Assembly: GCA_947572415.1 (NCBI GenBank)
Contig: CANPBT010000004.1
Location: forward strand, 220 to 64,219
Direction: 5' to 3'
DNA from: an uncultured Clostridia bacterium
GTDB taxonomy: Bacteria; Bacillota; Clostridia; Christensenellales; Borkfalkiaceae
DNA: 64,000 nucleotides
Notes under the pieces: model-generated
Told to the model about the DNA's origin: nothing
The model's input: only the letters and a program-made list of their open reading frames with translations
Database searches by the model: none
Part shown: one piece after another, positions 45,240-55,900 of the stretch
How the letters are laid out: each line of letters opens with the position of its first letter
Numbering within the stretch: position 1 is the first letter of the stretch
Translations under genes and position numbers: made by a program

Positions 45240-47454
45240 TTGCAGCCTCCCTTGCCTCTTTCATGCGCGCTATCCTTGCCGTAACCGTTTTTGGCGGCTC
45301 GACCTTGGGCGCGTCGGGGTGTAAAAGCCACGTCGCCGCGGAATGCGTTTTTGAAATTTTAAACATAGGCGGTTGCCGCTCGAAGTCTATTTTCAGCGCG
45401 TATCTGTTCCGCTCGGCAAAGGCGTCGCCCTTGGGCGGATACACCATATTCGGCGGTGTGCCGGGGATTGCTTCGAGCTTTTCCTTTGTTTCGAGGTCGG
45501 GCATTGACGATAAGAGCGCCCACGTATAGGGGTGTGCGGGCGAATAGAATATATCTTCCGCCGTGCCTATTTCAACAATTTTACCCGCGTACATAACCGC
45601 GACTCTGTCAGCCATATTCGCAACCACGCCCAAATCGTGCGTGATGAATATGACCGACAAATTGCGCCGGGCTTTTACTTTGTTTATAAGTTCGAGTATC
45701 TGCGACTGTATCGTCACGTCGAGCGCGGTGGTCGGCTCGTCGCAGATAAGGATATCGGGGTTTGCCGAAAGCGCTATCGCGATAACAATCCTCTGGCGCA
45801 TTCCGCCCGAAAATTCGAAAGGAAACTGGTTGAACCGCTTTCCGGGGTCGGGTATGCCAACCTCTTCCAAAAGCTTCAAAGCGCGGGTTTTTGCCATACG
45901 GCGGGTAACCTTGTATACAACCCCGCTCGCCTTTTCCTTTAAATAGTCTATCATAGCGACCGCGCGTTCGTCAAAGTTTATATTTGTGTTTGCGATACTT
46001 TTTTCATATACCCGCCTTACGCGCAAAACAATGTTACGGATATCGTTTTTCGCCGCCTCCGGGTCGATAAGGTTTTTATCGGCGACCTTCCATGCCGGCG
46101 GGTTGCCCTTTGCGGCTCTTTTATCGTAGGCGGCTTTCTGTCTTTTATACCGCTTTTCCTCTTTAATATTGCCCGCTATGCCTGCGTAATAAGCGGCAAC
46201 CGCCGCTTTTATGCCCGAAGCGAAAGTATACGCGGTGTTGTCCTTTATGATTTCAAGTCTGTCTATTCCGTTTTCGACGGCTTCGACAAGCTGTTTTACC
46301 GCGCTTGCAACATCTTTTTTATCGGGGTTTTCCTCTTCGAAAACGGGCAGAAAGGTATCAATCACTTTAATTGCTTCGCGTTTATTCTTGCACGATTGTT
46401 CATGTGCATACTTCAACCCCTCTTTTTCGAGAGAAATGAAATCGAGCATAAAATTATCGTCGAGATACCCCCGAAGAAATTTATTGAGCTGCTCCACGCC
46501 CATTTCGGGCAGAGGCTGCCCCGAAAACGTAAGATAATAGCCCATAGCGAAAAAGTTGGGTTTTGCAAAAGCCGTGGCTTCCGCAAGTATCCGCCTTATT
46601 TTTTTCAAATCTTCGGCAAGTTCGGGATACGCCGCAGAACGCTCCTCTTCACGCTGTTTATTAAACAAAACGTCCGCCAAATCCTTTATTTTGCGGGTAA
46701 ACGGGGTTTTGACGGCTTTGCCGACCTTGTCGAGAAGGTTTTTCAGCTCTTCCGCGCGTTCGTTTACAACGTACGTCTGTACGCTTTCCGCGGCAACCGA
46801 AGCTATTTCCGCCGCGTCGCGCGCGACGTCTTTAAAGGAATTGTTTTCCAGCCTGAAAAGCACGTCGTCGATTTCATGAATACAGTCCTCCGCGGCCTCG
46901 TAAGCCTTGTTGTAGGCGTTTTCAAGCTCTAAATGCTTATACTCGAATTTGTTGAAATCGGCGCACTTTCGCTTGTTTTCCGCCTTAACCGCGTCGCTTG
47001 CGCCGCGGGATAAATCCATAGCGGCGTTTATGCGCGCAAGCATTGCGTTGAAGTCCTTGCGCGACTGCTTCTGGCTGAGTTTGCCTTTTATGAGCATTGC
47101 TTCGGTCATCTGCTTGCCGACGCGCATTATGGGATTGAGCGACGACAGCGGGTCCTGATAAATCATGGCTATCTTATCGCCGCGCAGGCGGTTGAAGCTT
47201 TCTTCGGAAATTTTCATTAAGTCCTGCCCGTCGTAGATTATTTCGCCGCCGTCCTTAATCGCGTTGCCCGCGAGTATGCCCATTATGGCGCGGTTTGTAA
47301 CCGACTTGCCCGAGCCACTTTCACCCACTATCGCAAGCGTTTCGCCCCTGTATAAATCAAAGGAAATGTCCCTTACCGCCTGAACCTTGCCCGCGTCGGT
47401 ACGGAATGAAATTTTTAAGTTTTTTACTTCGAGTTTAAGTTCTTCTTTATCCAT
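45229..47454 (-). CDS. oppD: Opp/Dpp-type ABC ATPase (OppD-like) with a ~390-aa insertion
   Basis: 741 aa. Walker A GESGSGKSV is near aa 45, the Q-loop MIYQDPLSSLNP near aa 100, and the signature FSGGMRQR only at aa 548. Confidence 0.8.
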   Translation of the reverse strand: MDKEELKLEVKNLKISFRTDAGKVQAVRDISFDLYRGETLAIVGESGSGKSVTNRAIMGILAGNAIKDGGEIIYDGQDLMKISEESFNRLRGDKIAMIYQDPLSSLNPIMRVGKQMTEAMLIKGKLSQKQSRKDFNAMLARINAAMDLSRGASDAVKAENKRKCADFNKFEYKHLELENAYNKAYEAAEDCIHEIDDVLFRLENNSFKDVARDAAEIASVAAESVQTYVVNERAEELKNLLDKVGKAVKTPFTRKIKDLADVLFNKQREEERSAAYPELAEDLKKIRRILAEATAFAKPNFFAMGYYLTFSGQPLPEMGVEQLNKFLRGYLDDNFMLDFISLEKEGLKYAHEQSCKNKREAIKVIDTFLPVFEEENPDKKDVASAVKQLVEAVENGIDRLEIIKDNTAYTFASGIKAAVAAYYAGIAGNIKEEKRYKRQKAAYDKRAAKGNPPAWKVADKNLIDPEAAKNDIRNIVLRVRRVYEKSIANTNINFDERAVAMIDYLKEKASGVVYKVTRRMAKTRALKLLEEVGIPDPGKRFNQFPFEFSGGMRQRIVIAIALSANPDILICDEPTTALDVTIQSQILELINKVKARRNLSVIFITHDLGVVANMADRVAVMYAGKIVEIGTAEDIFYSPAHPYTWALLSSMPDLETKEKLEAIPGTPPNMVYPPKGDAFAERNRYALKIDFERQPPMFKISKTHSAATWLLHPDAPKVEPPKTVTARIARMKEAREAANGR

Positions 47455-47455
47455 T

Positions 47456-49021
47456 TCAACCCTCCGAACCGCGCAGCCCCGGATTGAACGCGTCGCGCAA
47501 GCCGTTGCCGAACAGATTGAAACATATCATTAATAGCGAAATCACGATTGCGGGGAAAAGCATAAGGTGCGGGAAATTAGTCCAGATAGCCGACGCGTCG
47601 GAAAGCAACGTGCCGAGGCTGGTCGTCGTGGAATTGCCGAGGTTGACAATGCCGAGGAAGCTCAACATACTTTCGTTGAAAATTACGCCGGGGATTACGA
47701 GCGCGGAAGAGGTTATAATCATACCGAGCGAGTTGGGGAAAATGTGCTTCCAGATAATCCTTCTGTCCCGCGCGCCGAGCGTCCTTGCCGCGAGCACGTA
47801 TTCCTGATTTTTGAACCTGTAAAACTGCGTCCTCACGGTGGAAGCGGTGCCTATCCAGCCCGTAAGCACGAATGCGAACAGCAGGCTCGGGATAACCCCC
47901 ACTTTCGCCGCGAAATGAAGCTGGAAAAGGGTTGCGAGCACTATGAACGGCATACCCGACAGAATGTCGCTTATACGCTCCATTATAAGGTCGGTCTTGC
48001 CGCCGTAATAGCCCTCTATCGCGCCGTAAACCGCGCCTATGAAGAGGTTTATGACCGACACGAAAAGCGCGACCATAAGGCTCAATTTAATACCGCTCGC
48101 GAGCCTTAACGCAAGGTCGTAGCCCTGACTGTCCGTGCCGAATAAATACTGCGGCTCGAACCCGTTAACGTATCTGTAATAGTTATAGTACAAAACGCGC
48201 ACCTTGTATTCGGCGTTTTCCGCGCTGCTGCCGCCGCCCGCATACTGATAATAAACGGGGTTGCCCGCTTCGTCACGGAGGTAGTTGTCTTCGAGCGTGA
48301 AATTATTGTCGTTATAGGAAATAACGGATGTTTTCCCGCTTGAATTTACGCGCAGGGGATTTAAACGCGAATCCATTTTGTACCAGTAATTCGCCTCCGT
48401 CGTATCGGGGCAGTATTCGTTGTTTGCAACGAGCGGATACAGGACGCGCAGGCCGGTACTGTTCTGCCACTCTACTATTTCCGCGTATTGCGACTGAGGA
48501 ATCTGTCTGTAAATAAACCCGACTTCGAGATAGGTTTCGAGCTTTATCGGGTAAATCGCCGAACCCGCGGACTGCTTTTTGTCGCCTATTTTTTTAACGG
48601 GCTGATAATACCCGCCCATAGCGTCCTTGGAGTTTACGCCGCCCTTACCCTCGCCGTCCTCCGCGCCGATGCCTATGGAAAGGTTGTAGATAAGTCCCTT
48701 TTCCGAGCTTTCGCGCGAAACGGTGCCGTCGGCTATGCCGATTTTGGAAAGCGCGATATTACGCGGAACTTTCCTTGCGTAATACGGGTCCATAAAAGAC
48801 GAATCGTAACGCGTGTTGAAAAGCGGCGCGAAAATCGCGAACAGCACGATAAGCGCGATTATTATCGCAGCCACGACAGCCGCCTTGCTTTTACAGAAGC
48901 GATTGAAAGCGTCGCGGAAATACCCGACGGGTTTTGTAGACAGAGATTTGTCGTGATAAACGTCGCCGCCGTCGGCGAACTCAAATTTTTCTTTGGGAAT
49001 TTTATTGAATTTATCGTCCAT
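47456..49021 (-). CDS. oppC: Opp/Dpp-type ABC permease (OppC-like), expanded
   Basis: 521 aa. One N-terminal TM helix, a soluble loop of about 220 aa, then the canonical BPD-transporter core. Confidence 0.8.
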   Translation of the reverse strand: MDDKFNKIPKEKFEFADGGDVYHDKSLSTKPVGYFRDAFNRFCKSKAAVVAAIIIALIVLFAIFAPLFNTRYDSSFMDPYYARKVPRNIALSKIGIADGTVSRESSEKGLIYNLSIGIGAEDGEGKGGVNSKDAMGGYYQPVKKIGDKKQSAGSAIYPIKLETYLEVGFIYRQIPQSQYAEIVEWQNSTGLRVLYPLVANNEYCPDTTEANYWYKMDSRLNPLRVNSSGKTSVISYNDNNFTLEDNYLRDEAGNPVYYQYAGGGSSAENAEYKVRVLYYNYYRYVNGFEPQYLFGTDSQGYDLALRLASGIKLSLMVALFVSVINLFIGAVYGAIEGYYGGKTDLIMERISDILSGMPFIVLATLFQLHFAAKVGVIPSLLFAFVLTGWIGTASTVRTQFYRFKNQEYVLAARTLGARDRRIIWKHIFPNSLGMIITSSALVIPGVIFNESMLSFLGIVNLGNSTTTSLGTLLSDASAIWTNFPHLMLFPAIVISLLMICFNLFGNGLRDAFNPGLRGSEG

Positions 49022-49022
49022 T

Positions 49023-49988
49023 TTATCTTTCCCCCATACGTATTCTCGGGTCGATAAAGCCGTAGCTTATATCCACCACTATGCCCGCAAGCAAGCCGAT
49101 AAACGTGTAAAAAACGGTATCCATCATAAACACGTCGTAATCGAGCAGCTGAATTGACTGAATATACAGCTTGCCGACGCCGGGGATAGAGAAAATCTGT
49201 TCGATAATCATAGACCCGCCGAGTATGGATATAAAGCTTGAAATTATCATGGGAAGAATCGGAACCATAGCGTTGCGCATCGCGTGGCGCACGGTTGCCT
49301 GACCGCGGGTAAGCCCCTTAGTCCTCGCGAGCAGCATATAGTCCGACGTAAGCGTTTCGGTGAGCTCCGCACGGGTATAGCGGCACAGCCCCGCGATTTC
49401 GCCGAAGGACAGCGCAAGCACGGGCAAAATCATACTGTAAAACATTTTGGGCGAAAACCACGAGCCGCCCGCGTCCGCTAGCGAGGATACTATCGCTGGG
49501 AACCAGCCCAGCTTATAGTAGAAAAAGTACTGCACGAGGAATGCGTACACGTACGACGGCACCGAAATAAAAATCATGGTCGCCGTGCTGATAAACGTAT
49601 CCTGCCATTTATTTTTTTTGACCGCCGCAAGTATGCCAAGAAGCAGACCTATTGGTATCGAAAACAGCAACGAATACAGGTTTACGAGCACGGTAGGCGC
49701 GAGCCTGTCGACGATTACGTCCCACGCGGGGGTCAGCGTGGAAATATACCAGCTTGTGCCGAAATCCCACGCGGTGAAAATATTTTTGAGATATATGCCG
49801 TACTGCACTATTATCGGCTTATTGTAGCCCAACGCCTCCCAGCGCGCCTCGATTACAGCCGCAAGGTTTTTATCGGTCGGCAGAGTGCGCGGCAGCATGC
49901 GTACGAGCACGAAGCAGACGGTAATTATTACGAAGAACGAAAGGAGCATCAACAGCACCCTTTTAACTACGTATTTGAACATTCGCAT
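49023..49988 (-). CDS. oppB: Opp/Dpp-type ABC permease (OppB-like)
   Basis: 321 aa. The typical OppB start (MFKYVVKRVL) and a 6-TM core. Confidence 0.85.
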   Translation of the reverse strand: MRMFKYVVKRVLLMLLSFFVIITVCFVLVRMLPRTLPTDKNLAAVIEARWEALGYNKPIIVQYGIYLKNIFTAWDFGTSWYISTLTPAWDVIVDRLAPTVLVNLYSLLFSIPIGLLLGILAAVKKNKWQDTFISTATMIFISVPSYVYAFLVQYFFYYKLGWFPAIVSSLADAGGSWFSPKMFYSMILPVLALSFGEIAGLCRYTRAELTETLTSDYMLLARTKGLTRGQATVRHAMRNAMVPILPMIISSFISILGGSMIIEQIFSIPGVGKLYIQSIQLLDYDVFMMDTVFYTFIGLLAGIVVDISYGFIDPRIRMGER

Positions 49989-50065
49989 AATCTGTTACCT
50001 CCGAACAGGCAGACAGGTAACGGGAGTTTTCGCCCCCCGTTACCCCTTTAATAACCCGTTAAAAA

Positions 50066-52564
50066 TCAAACGTAGCTTAATTTGCCGTTATTGTCTTTTA
50101 CGAACTGCGCCCACTGGTCGTCGTTGTAGTTATACACCAGTAGCCTTAATCCGCCGAAATCGTACATAATATTGTAGTTTTCGGTATAGTAGCTTACTTT
50201 GTATGAAAGTATGGTGTTGTTCGTCATCGAAGCAAGCGGAATAGAATAATACTTTGCAAGATACTTTTCCTCCAGCTGCGAGGTAATGGACAGCTTTGTC
50301 GCATTGTCCGCCGTGGCGTATTGCCCCACGCCCATCATGCTTTGGCTCCACGCCTGCCACGTCATCGTAACGTCCTTGCCGCCTACGTTGAGCGTAACCG
50401 TTTCGGTCGTGGGGTCCCAGCAAGCCGCTTCGTTGAGGTCGTAATTGTCGGGGTCCATATAAACCTGGAAGTTACGGAAAGGATAGAAAGCCGCTCCGCC
50501 CCACGCGCCGTAGCCTATGGCGAATTTTCCTGCGGGAACCTGCGAATAAGGCGTATCCACGTTGCCGACCGCTTCGAGGGTGATTTTGCCGAAGCCGGAG
50601 CCCTCCGCCGCGGCGTTCAGATATTTTTCAAGGAGCGCGACCTGCTGCTGATGGTCTGACGTAAGCGCGCCGCCCGCCCATGCAATCCTTATTTTTATAT
50701 TGCCGCCCGAATATCCGTATTCGGAGTCCGCAGTGATTTCGGAATATGCGGTTTTCATAAGCTCTTTCGCTTCGGTAAGGTTGTAGCCGGTTATCGAGCC
50801 GTAGGCCTCCTCGAGGGTTTTATAAGTTTTATCCGCGCCGTACTCAACGCCGTAAAGGTTGCATATGGCCTGCATAGCTTCGTCGCTCTTGCGGTAGCTC
50901 GAATCGGGGTCGTTGAATATATCGTAGAAGTACAACCCGTTCATAAGCGAGTATGCGGGGTGATATCCCGCCGTAGCCGAAACCCACTCCGAACGGTTTA
51001 TCGCAAGGCTGAACGCTTTGCGGAAGTTGTCGTTTCTTACAACGACGCTGTTCTCGTTGCCCTCCGCGGAGTCCATACCTTTAAGCGCGTTCAAATCGGT
51101 ATTGAAGTACAGATAAGTCGTGTACGTATCGTCAACCGAATACAGCTTGTCGCTCGTCCTGTACTGCGACATTTTCGTCGCGGACGGAGTCCAGCTTGTC
51201 AAATCGCCTTTAAGGAATACGCTTTCGGCCGTGTCGGGCTGAATTACGTCTATAACTATTTTAGAGGTCTGCCACTGGCGCACGTGCTTTCCGTCCACCT
51301 CGAATTTGGTGTGCGACACGAGGTTGCCGTATTCGTCGCGGACAAGCTCGCCGTCGTCGTCCTTATCGAACCCGTACCAGTTTTCATTGTGCACGAGCAC
51401 GAGCTGCCTGTCGGCTTCGTAGGTCTGCAATTTGTAAACCCCGTACGACATGGTTTTATCCACGCTCGTGCCGTAGGAAGTAGTTACAAGCTCGCCGGAG
51501 GTGTCGAAGTTGGCTTCGTACAAATCCTTGTATACGAGCCAGGTAGCGCCCGTAAGCGAAGAAAGGAAATACCCCTTCTCCTCATATGTGTTCAACACGT
51601 AGCGGATAGTATAGTCGTCCACCTTATACAAGCCGACCTTGTCAAAATCCACGTGGGCGCCCGTGCCGCTTATATAGAAAAGAAATTCCTTATAAAGCTC
51701 CTCGTTAATCTGCGTTTTGCCCTCGTCGGTATAAATGGACATATCGAATGCGGATAAATACTGGTCGATAATCGTGTAAACCGCCTGCTTATTGTCGTCG
51801 GTTACCCGAATATAGCCGTATGCATTTGCCGCTCCGTCGAAAGCCGCGTACGCTTCGGGCTCAATAAACTCGCGTTCGTATAAATATTTGAACGAATACG
51901 GCGCAACGGTCATCTCTTCCGAGTTAAGATTGATATAAACGTCTTTGGAGGTCAAGTCAAACGAATAGTCCGGCTCCTCGTCATCACCGTACGGCGGAAC
52001 GGCGGGGCTGTAAATAGGCGCGTCCGAATTGTAGAACGCCCTCGCGCCCGCAAGCGCGTTTTCGCCTGATATATACAGGTTCGCGCGGTAGTTGCGCATA
52101 TCCGAACGAAGAAGCTGCTCCATAGAATACAGATAATCGTCCGCCGTTATTTTTTCGCCGTTCTGCCAGCACGCGTCGGGGTTGAGTTTGATTTCGTAAA
52201 CATATCCCGAATCCGGCGTGCCCGTAAAAGCAGAGCCGTATTTCGTAAGGTCTGATAAGTTCGAGGCCGTTACGTCGTTTACCTCGGTCGCCATTTCATA
52301 CACCCACTGGTAAATGCTCTCGTTTGAATCGTCGATAGATATGTCCACAAACGGACTTGCCACAAAATCGAGGATTGCCCTGTCAACGTCCATTTCCCAC
52401 GTATGCGGATTCCAGTTGGTAGCAAGGGACGACGCATAGTCGTTATAAGTATAGCCGCTGTTTTCCGACTTGGGCGCGCACGCGGAAATAAACCCTGCGG
52501 AAGCGGTTGTAATAACCGCAAACGCCGCCATAACCGCCGTTGTTTTTTTTGTTTTTGATGTCAT
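50066..52564 (-). CDS. Family-5 (peptide/nickel-type) solute-binding lipoprotein, expanded (832 aa)
   Basis: Lipobox FISAC. Lies at the head of the opp-type operon. It is about 300 aa longer than typical OppA/DppA proteins. Confidence 0.7.
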   Translation of the reverse strand: MTSKTKKTTAVMAAFAVITTASAGFISACAPKSENSGYTYNDYASSLATNWNPHTWEMDVDRAILDFVASPFVDISIDDSNESIYQWVYEMATEVNDVTASNLSDLTKYGSAFTGTPDSGYVYEIKLNPDACWQNGEKITADDYLYSMEQLLRSDMRNYRANLYISGENALAGARAFYNSDAPIYSPAVPPYGDDEEPDYSFDLTSKDVYINLNSEEMTVAPYSFKYLYEREFIEPEAYAAFDGAANAYGYIRVTDDNKQAVYTIIDQYLSAFDMSIYTDEGKTQINEELYKEFLFYISGTGAHVDFDKVGLYKVDDYTIRYVLNTYEEKGYFLSSLTGATWLVYKDLYEANFDTSGELVTTSYGTSVDKTMSYGVYKLQTYEADRQLVLVHNENWYGFDKDDDGELVRDEYGNLVSHTKFEVDGKHVRQWQTSKIVIDVIQPDTAESVFLKGDLTSWTPSATKMSQYRTSDKLYSVDDTYTTYLYFNTDLNALKGMDSAEGNENSVVVRNDNFRKAFSLAINRSEWVSATAGYHPAYSLMNGLYFYDIFNDPDSSYRKSDEAMQAICNLYGVEYGADKTYKTLEEAYGSITGYNLTEAKELMKTAYSEITADSEYGYSGGNIKIRIAWAGGALTSDHQQQVALLEKYLNAAAEGSGFGKITLEAVGNVDTPYSQVPAGKFAIGYGAWGGAAFYPFRNFQVYMDPDNYDLNEAACWDPTTETVTLNVGGKDVTMTWQAWSQSMMGVGQYATADNATKLSITSQLEEKYLAKYYSIPLASMTNNTILSYKVSYYTENYNIMYDFGGLRLLVYNYNDDQWAQFVKDNNGKLSYV

Positions 52565-52628
52565 CGTTATTACCTCCGTTTTTAGTTTGTCTGATTTTAA
52601 AAGCTTTTATAATCGGATAATATATTTT

Positions 52629-52670
52629 GTGTGAGGTTTAACCTCACACGGCGGATATGAAAATATCCGC
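52629..52670 (-). promoter_or_regulatory. Two adjacent hairpins in the opp leader
   Basis: GTGTGAGGTT-T-AACCTCACAC (52629-52649) and GCGGATAT-GAAA-ATATCCGC (52651-52670). Both lie between the candidate promoter and the start codon. Confidence 0.4.
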
Positions 52671-52723
52671 TTAAAATTGCATATTTTTATGCCTTTTTAA
52701 TCAATTTATTTTAAATTTTGCTT

Positions 52724-52753
52724 ATAATACCATATATCGGCTTACATTGTCAA
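52724..52753 (-). promoter_or_regulatory. Candidate promoter of the opp-type operon
   Basis: On the minus strand: TTGACA (52753-52748), 18 nt, TATTAT (52729-52724), preceded by TGG. Confidence 0.5.
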
Positions 52754-52874
52754 ATAAAATATGAATAAAATGTGATAATTTATTAATATATATATGAAAT
52801 TACACTAATATTTGTATATTTTCAGAATTATTTGCATAATTGTATAAATATGCACAATAGCCCGAACACTGTGA

Positions 52875-52915
52875 AAAAGAAAACCCCCTGTTGCGGAAAA
52901 CCGCAACAGGGGGTT
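52875..52915 (-). terminator. Intrinsic terminator of the transglutaminase-like gene
   Basis: 15-bp stem AACCCCCTGTTGCGG - AAAA - CCGCAACAGGGGGTT. The minus-strand transcript continues UUUUCUUUUU. Confidence 0.85.
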
Positions 52916-52951
52916 ATACTATTTAAAAATTTTGTGTAGCATTTAATTTGT

Positions 52952-55900
52952 TCAGTTTCGGCGTTTCATTATTACTACTACCGCCGCACCGACACAAGCC
53001 AAGGCGATTACAACAGATATGACCGTTATGGCTATTACCACCGAATTATCATTATCCGGCTTTAAATCCGTATTGCCGCCCACGTTAGCCTCGTCGTTGG
53101 GGTCATTACCATCGGGAGGAGTTATGGGCTTGTCGGGGTCAACCACAGGAGGTTCGGGCTCGTCAGGGTCAACCACGGGAGGTTCGGGCTCGTCAGGGTC
53201 AACAGGTAATTCCGGAATATCGGTAATTATTATTTCTCCGCCGGTTCCAGGAATAGATTCAGCTTCGCCTTTTACCGATACCGCAACTTTAACAGGTTCA
53301 ATAATTTCAGTATCTTTTTCTGTTAAGCGATGTGCAGCTTCTATAGCTATAAACTTAATTTCTATTTCGTTGCTCGATTCAAGCTCGCTGTTAGAAAGTT
53401 CAAGTTTGCCTTCTGCCGTAACCTTATTCGTAATATCTTTACCGTTAAGCGTTACACTGTAAACCATATAACCGCTGTCGGGCTTGATATCGTAGGTACA
53501 GTTTTCACCGGGCTTTAAGGTCTTAACAGCGCCGTCCTCTTTGGAAAGCTTGCCGCCCCTGCCGTTTATGCTTGCGTATACCGTTTTGTTATCGCTTGCC
53601 TTATCCGCGGGAACAGCCGCTACCATATAGGGCGAGAAGCTTGAAACGGTAGCAACCAAGCCGAGTTTGGTAATTACGCAAGGTATTTCTTCAACGCCGA
53701 GGTAATTGCCTTGATTATCGTGTTTGTAGTGGAAAAGTTTGAAAGTAACGCCTTCGTCTTCGGGGCCGTAACCTTGAGGGAAGCCCAAAGCTATTTTAAC
53801 GTAGCTTCCGTTGGGAATCGAAGCATACTGACCGCATATCTGCAAATCGATATCGTAAGTTTCACTCTTCTTGATATCTTCCTGCTTGATATTGATATCG
53901 CCGTTTTTATCGATTTCGTTGAGCATTGCGTCCTGGGTATCTTTATTGACGCTGTCGACTACCAAAAGCATCTGGCTTCTCTTGTTTTCAGAGATAATAT
54001 TGCCCTCTTCGTCCTTGAAATCAACTTCCGACAAGTCGGAGTTGCTCAACAGCGTAGGCTGTGCGCAGCATTCTACCCAAAGTCTGCCGTCGTATCCGAA
54101 TACTGCCGGACAAGCGCGATACAATCTGTCGAAAGTAAGGGGAATGGAATTCGGAAGTTTACCGGTCGTATACGTCGTACCGTCGGCCTTGTACCTGATT
54201 TGATTAGACCCTACGTTGGTGAACGAGAACGTATAAGTTTCCATATTGTGTTCGTACATAAGGCTGGGCATAAACCTGAACCTTAAAGTATGTTCGTCTA
54301 CAAGCTCAACCAGCTTGCCGCTTTCCAAAGGAAGGAATTTAGCGTACTCGCCTATATTCTCTTTACTGTGCTTGGTAGTATAAGTTATGCCGATTTCTTT
54401 ATCGGGGTCAAGTACGCGCAGAGGCTGGTCATAAGTAATTTCGTAGACTTTTACGTACTTTTCGTCCATAAGGCTGCTGTTCGGAGCCCTCATGGAGTCG
54501 TTTATGGTATTGCCTTCCGTTACGCTTGCGTTGGTCTTGGAAACGTAAGGCGCGGGAGAATAAGTACCGTAAGCTTTATTTTCGAACACGGCGGAAATAA
54601 CCGTGATGTGGTCGCCTATATCCTTATCGCCCTTATTATAATCGTGGCTGTAATACATGTTGGCTATCCCGGCGGCGGGGTCGGGAATTATGGGTTTGCC
54701 GTTAACAAGGTAATCGGGATTATAATTCAAATCGGGGTCGGAGTCTATTACCGCAAACTGCGAATAAAGCGCCGAGGGGGGGTTGGTAGTTTTCGTCTGA
54801 ACGCCGTTATCAAACGTTGCAAGATCGTCATTAAAATATACTTTATAGAATGCCGCAAGGTCAATCCAGCACGTCCAGTTTATTTCGCCGTCCCTTAAAT
54901 CGGCAGTACGGTAAATTATGTGCAAATTATCTTCTTCCGCAAGCCTTATAGCGCTTTTGCCGTTATAGCTTATTTGTTCATCGTAAGCCATTACGTCTAA
55001 ACCGAATTCGTCCTTCGTACCGTCGCCATAAGGCGTGTACTGTATAGAACGCACCAAACCGTTCGAATCGGTCTTGCAGCCGTAATCGTAACGGGCAAGC
55101 TCGGGATATTTAAGCTCGTAGCCGGACGAAGAAATATAGCCGTCCGTAATATGGTGTTTATCATTAGTTGCAAAACCCATATTCATATATTTATTTCTGT
55201 CCGTACCGGTGCTGTTCCAGGTAACGTCAACCGCATACCAGGCGCCTTCCTGCGTCTGCTCTTCGGAAGCCGCGTAAGAAGCCGCAGCGGGGGCGTTGCC
55301 ATCTACCTCTTCATCTTCCGTTACGGCGTTTTCCAGCCATATATAGTTCCAGGCGTGCGCGGTGGTTCCCTGAGAAAATTCACCCTTGCTGTCTTTTGCT
55401 TTGCTGTAGCCGGATACCACAAGGCAGGGAATGCCGAGCTTATCCATAACGGCTTTATATGCGGCGGAATAGCCTCCGCAGACCGCCGTTTTGTTTACCA
55501 AAGCGCCGAAAGCCGTGCTTACGGCGGAAGCGCTCGAAACGCCCGTTTCAAGGTAATCGTCAAGCGCGCCGAAATCATATACAACGTTTTCCGCGATATA
55601 TTTGTTTACGTACCTTGCTTTAAGTACGTCTTTCGCCATACCGTACTTATCGTCTTTCGCCGCCTTTTCCGCTTCGTCCGCGATTTTGTTAACTTCGGCA
55701 TAGAAAGAGTTAAGCGCCTTGTTTACGTCTATTGCGGAAGTGAAGCCGTTATCGTGATAGGCGTTCGCTTCCCTGCCGCTGTCTATAAACGCAGAGTAAA
55801 CGCCGTTTTGGCGGCCCGCGCTTATAGTCAGTTTGTAAAAGTCTATATAGAAGAGTTCGGGGTGATCCGTAAGGTACGCGTCGCGCGCGGCGCTGAACGC

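Noticed and set aside
52817-52831. CodY-box-like sequence TATTTTCAGAATTAT upstream of the opp-type promoter.
   Set aside because: It matches only 11/15 positions of the consensus recalled from memory (AATTTTCWGAAAATT), in very AT-rich DNA. That is too weak to call without a genome-wide motif model.
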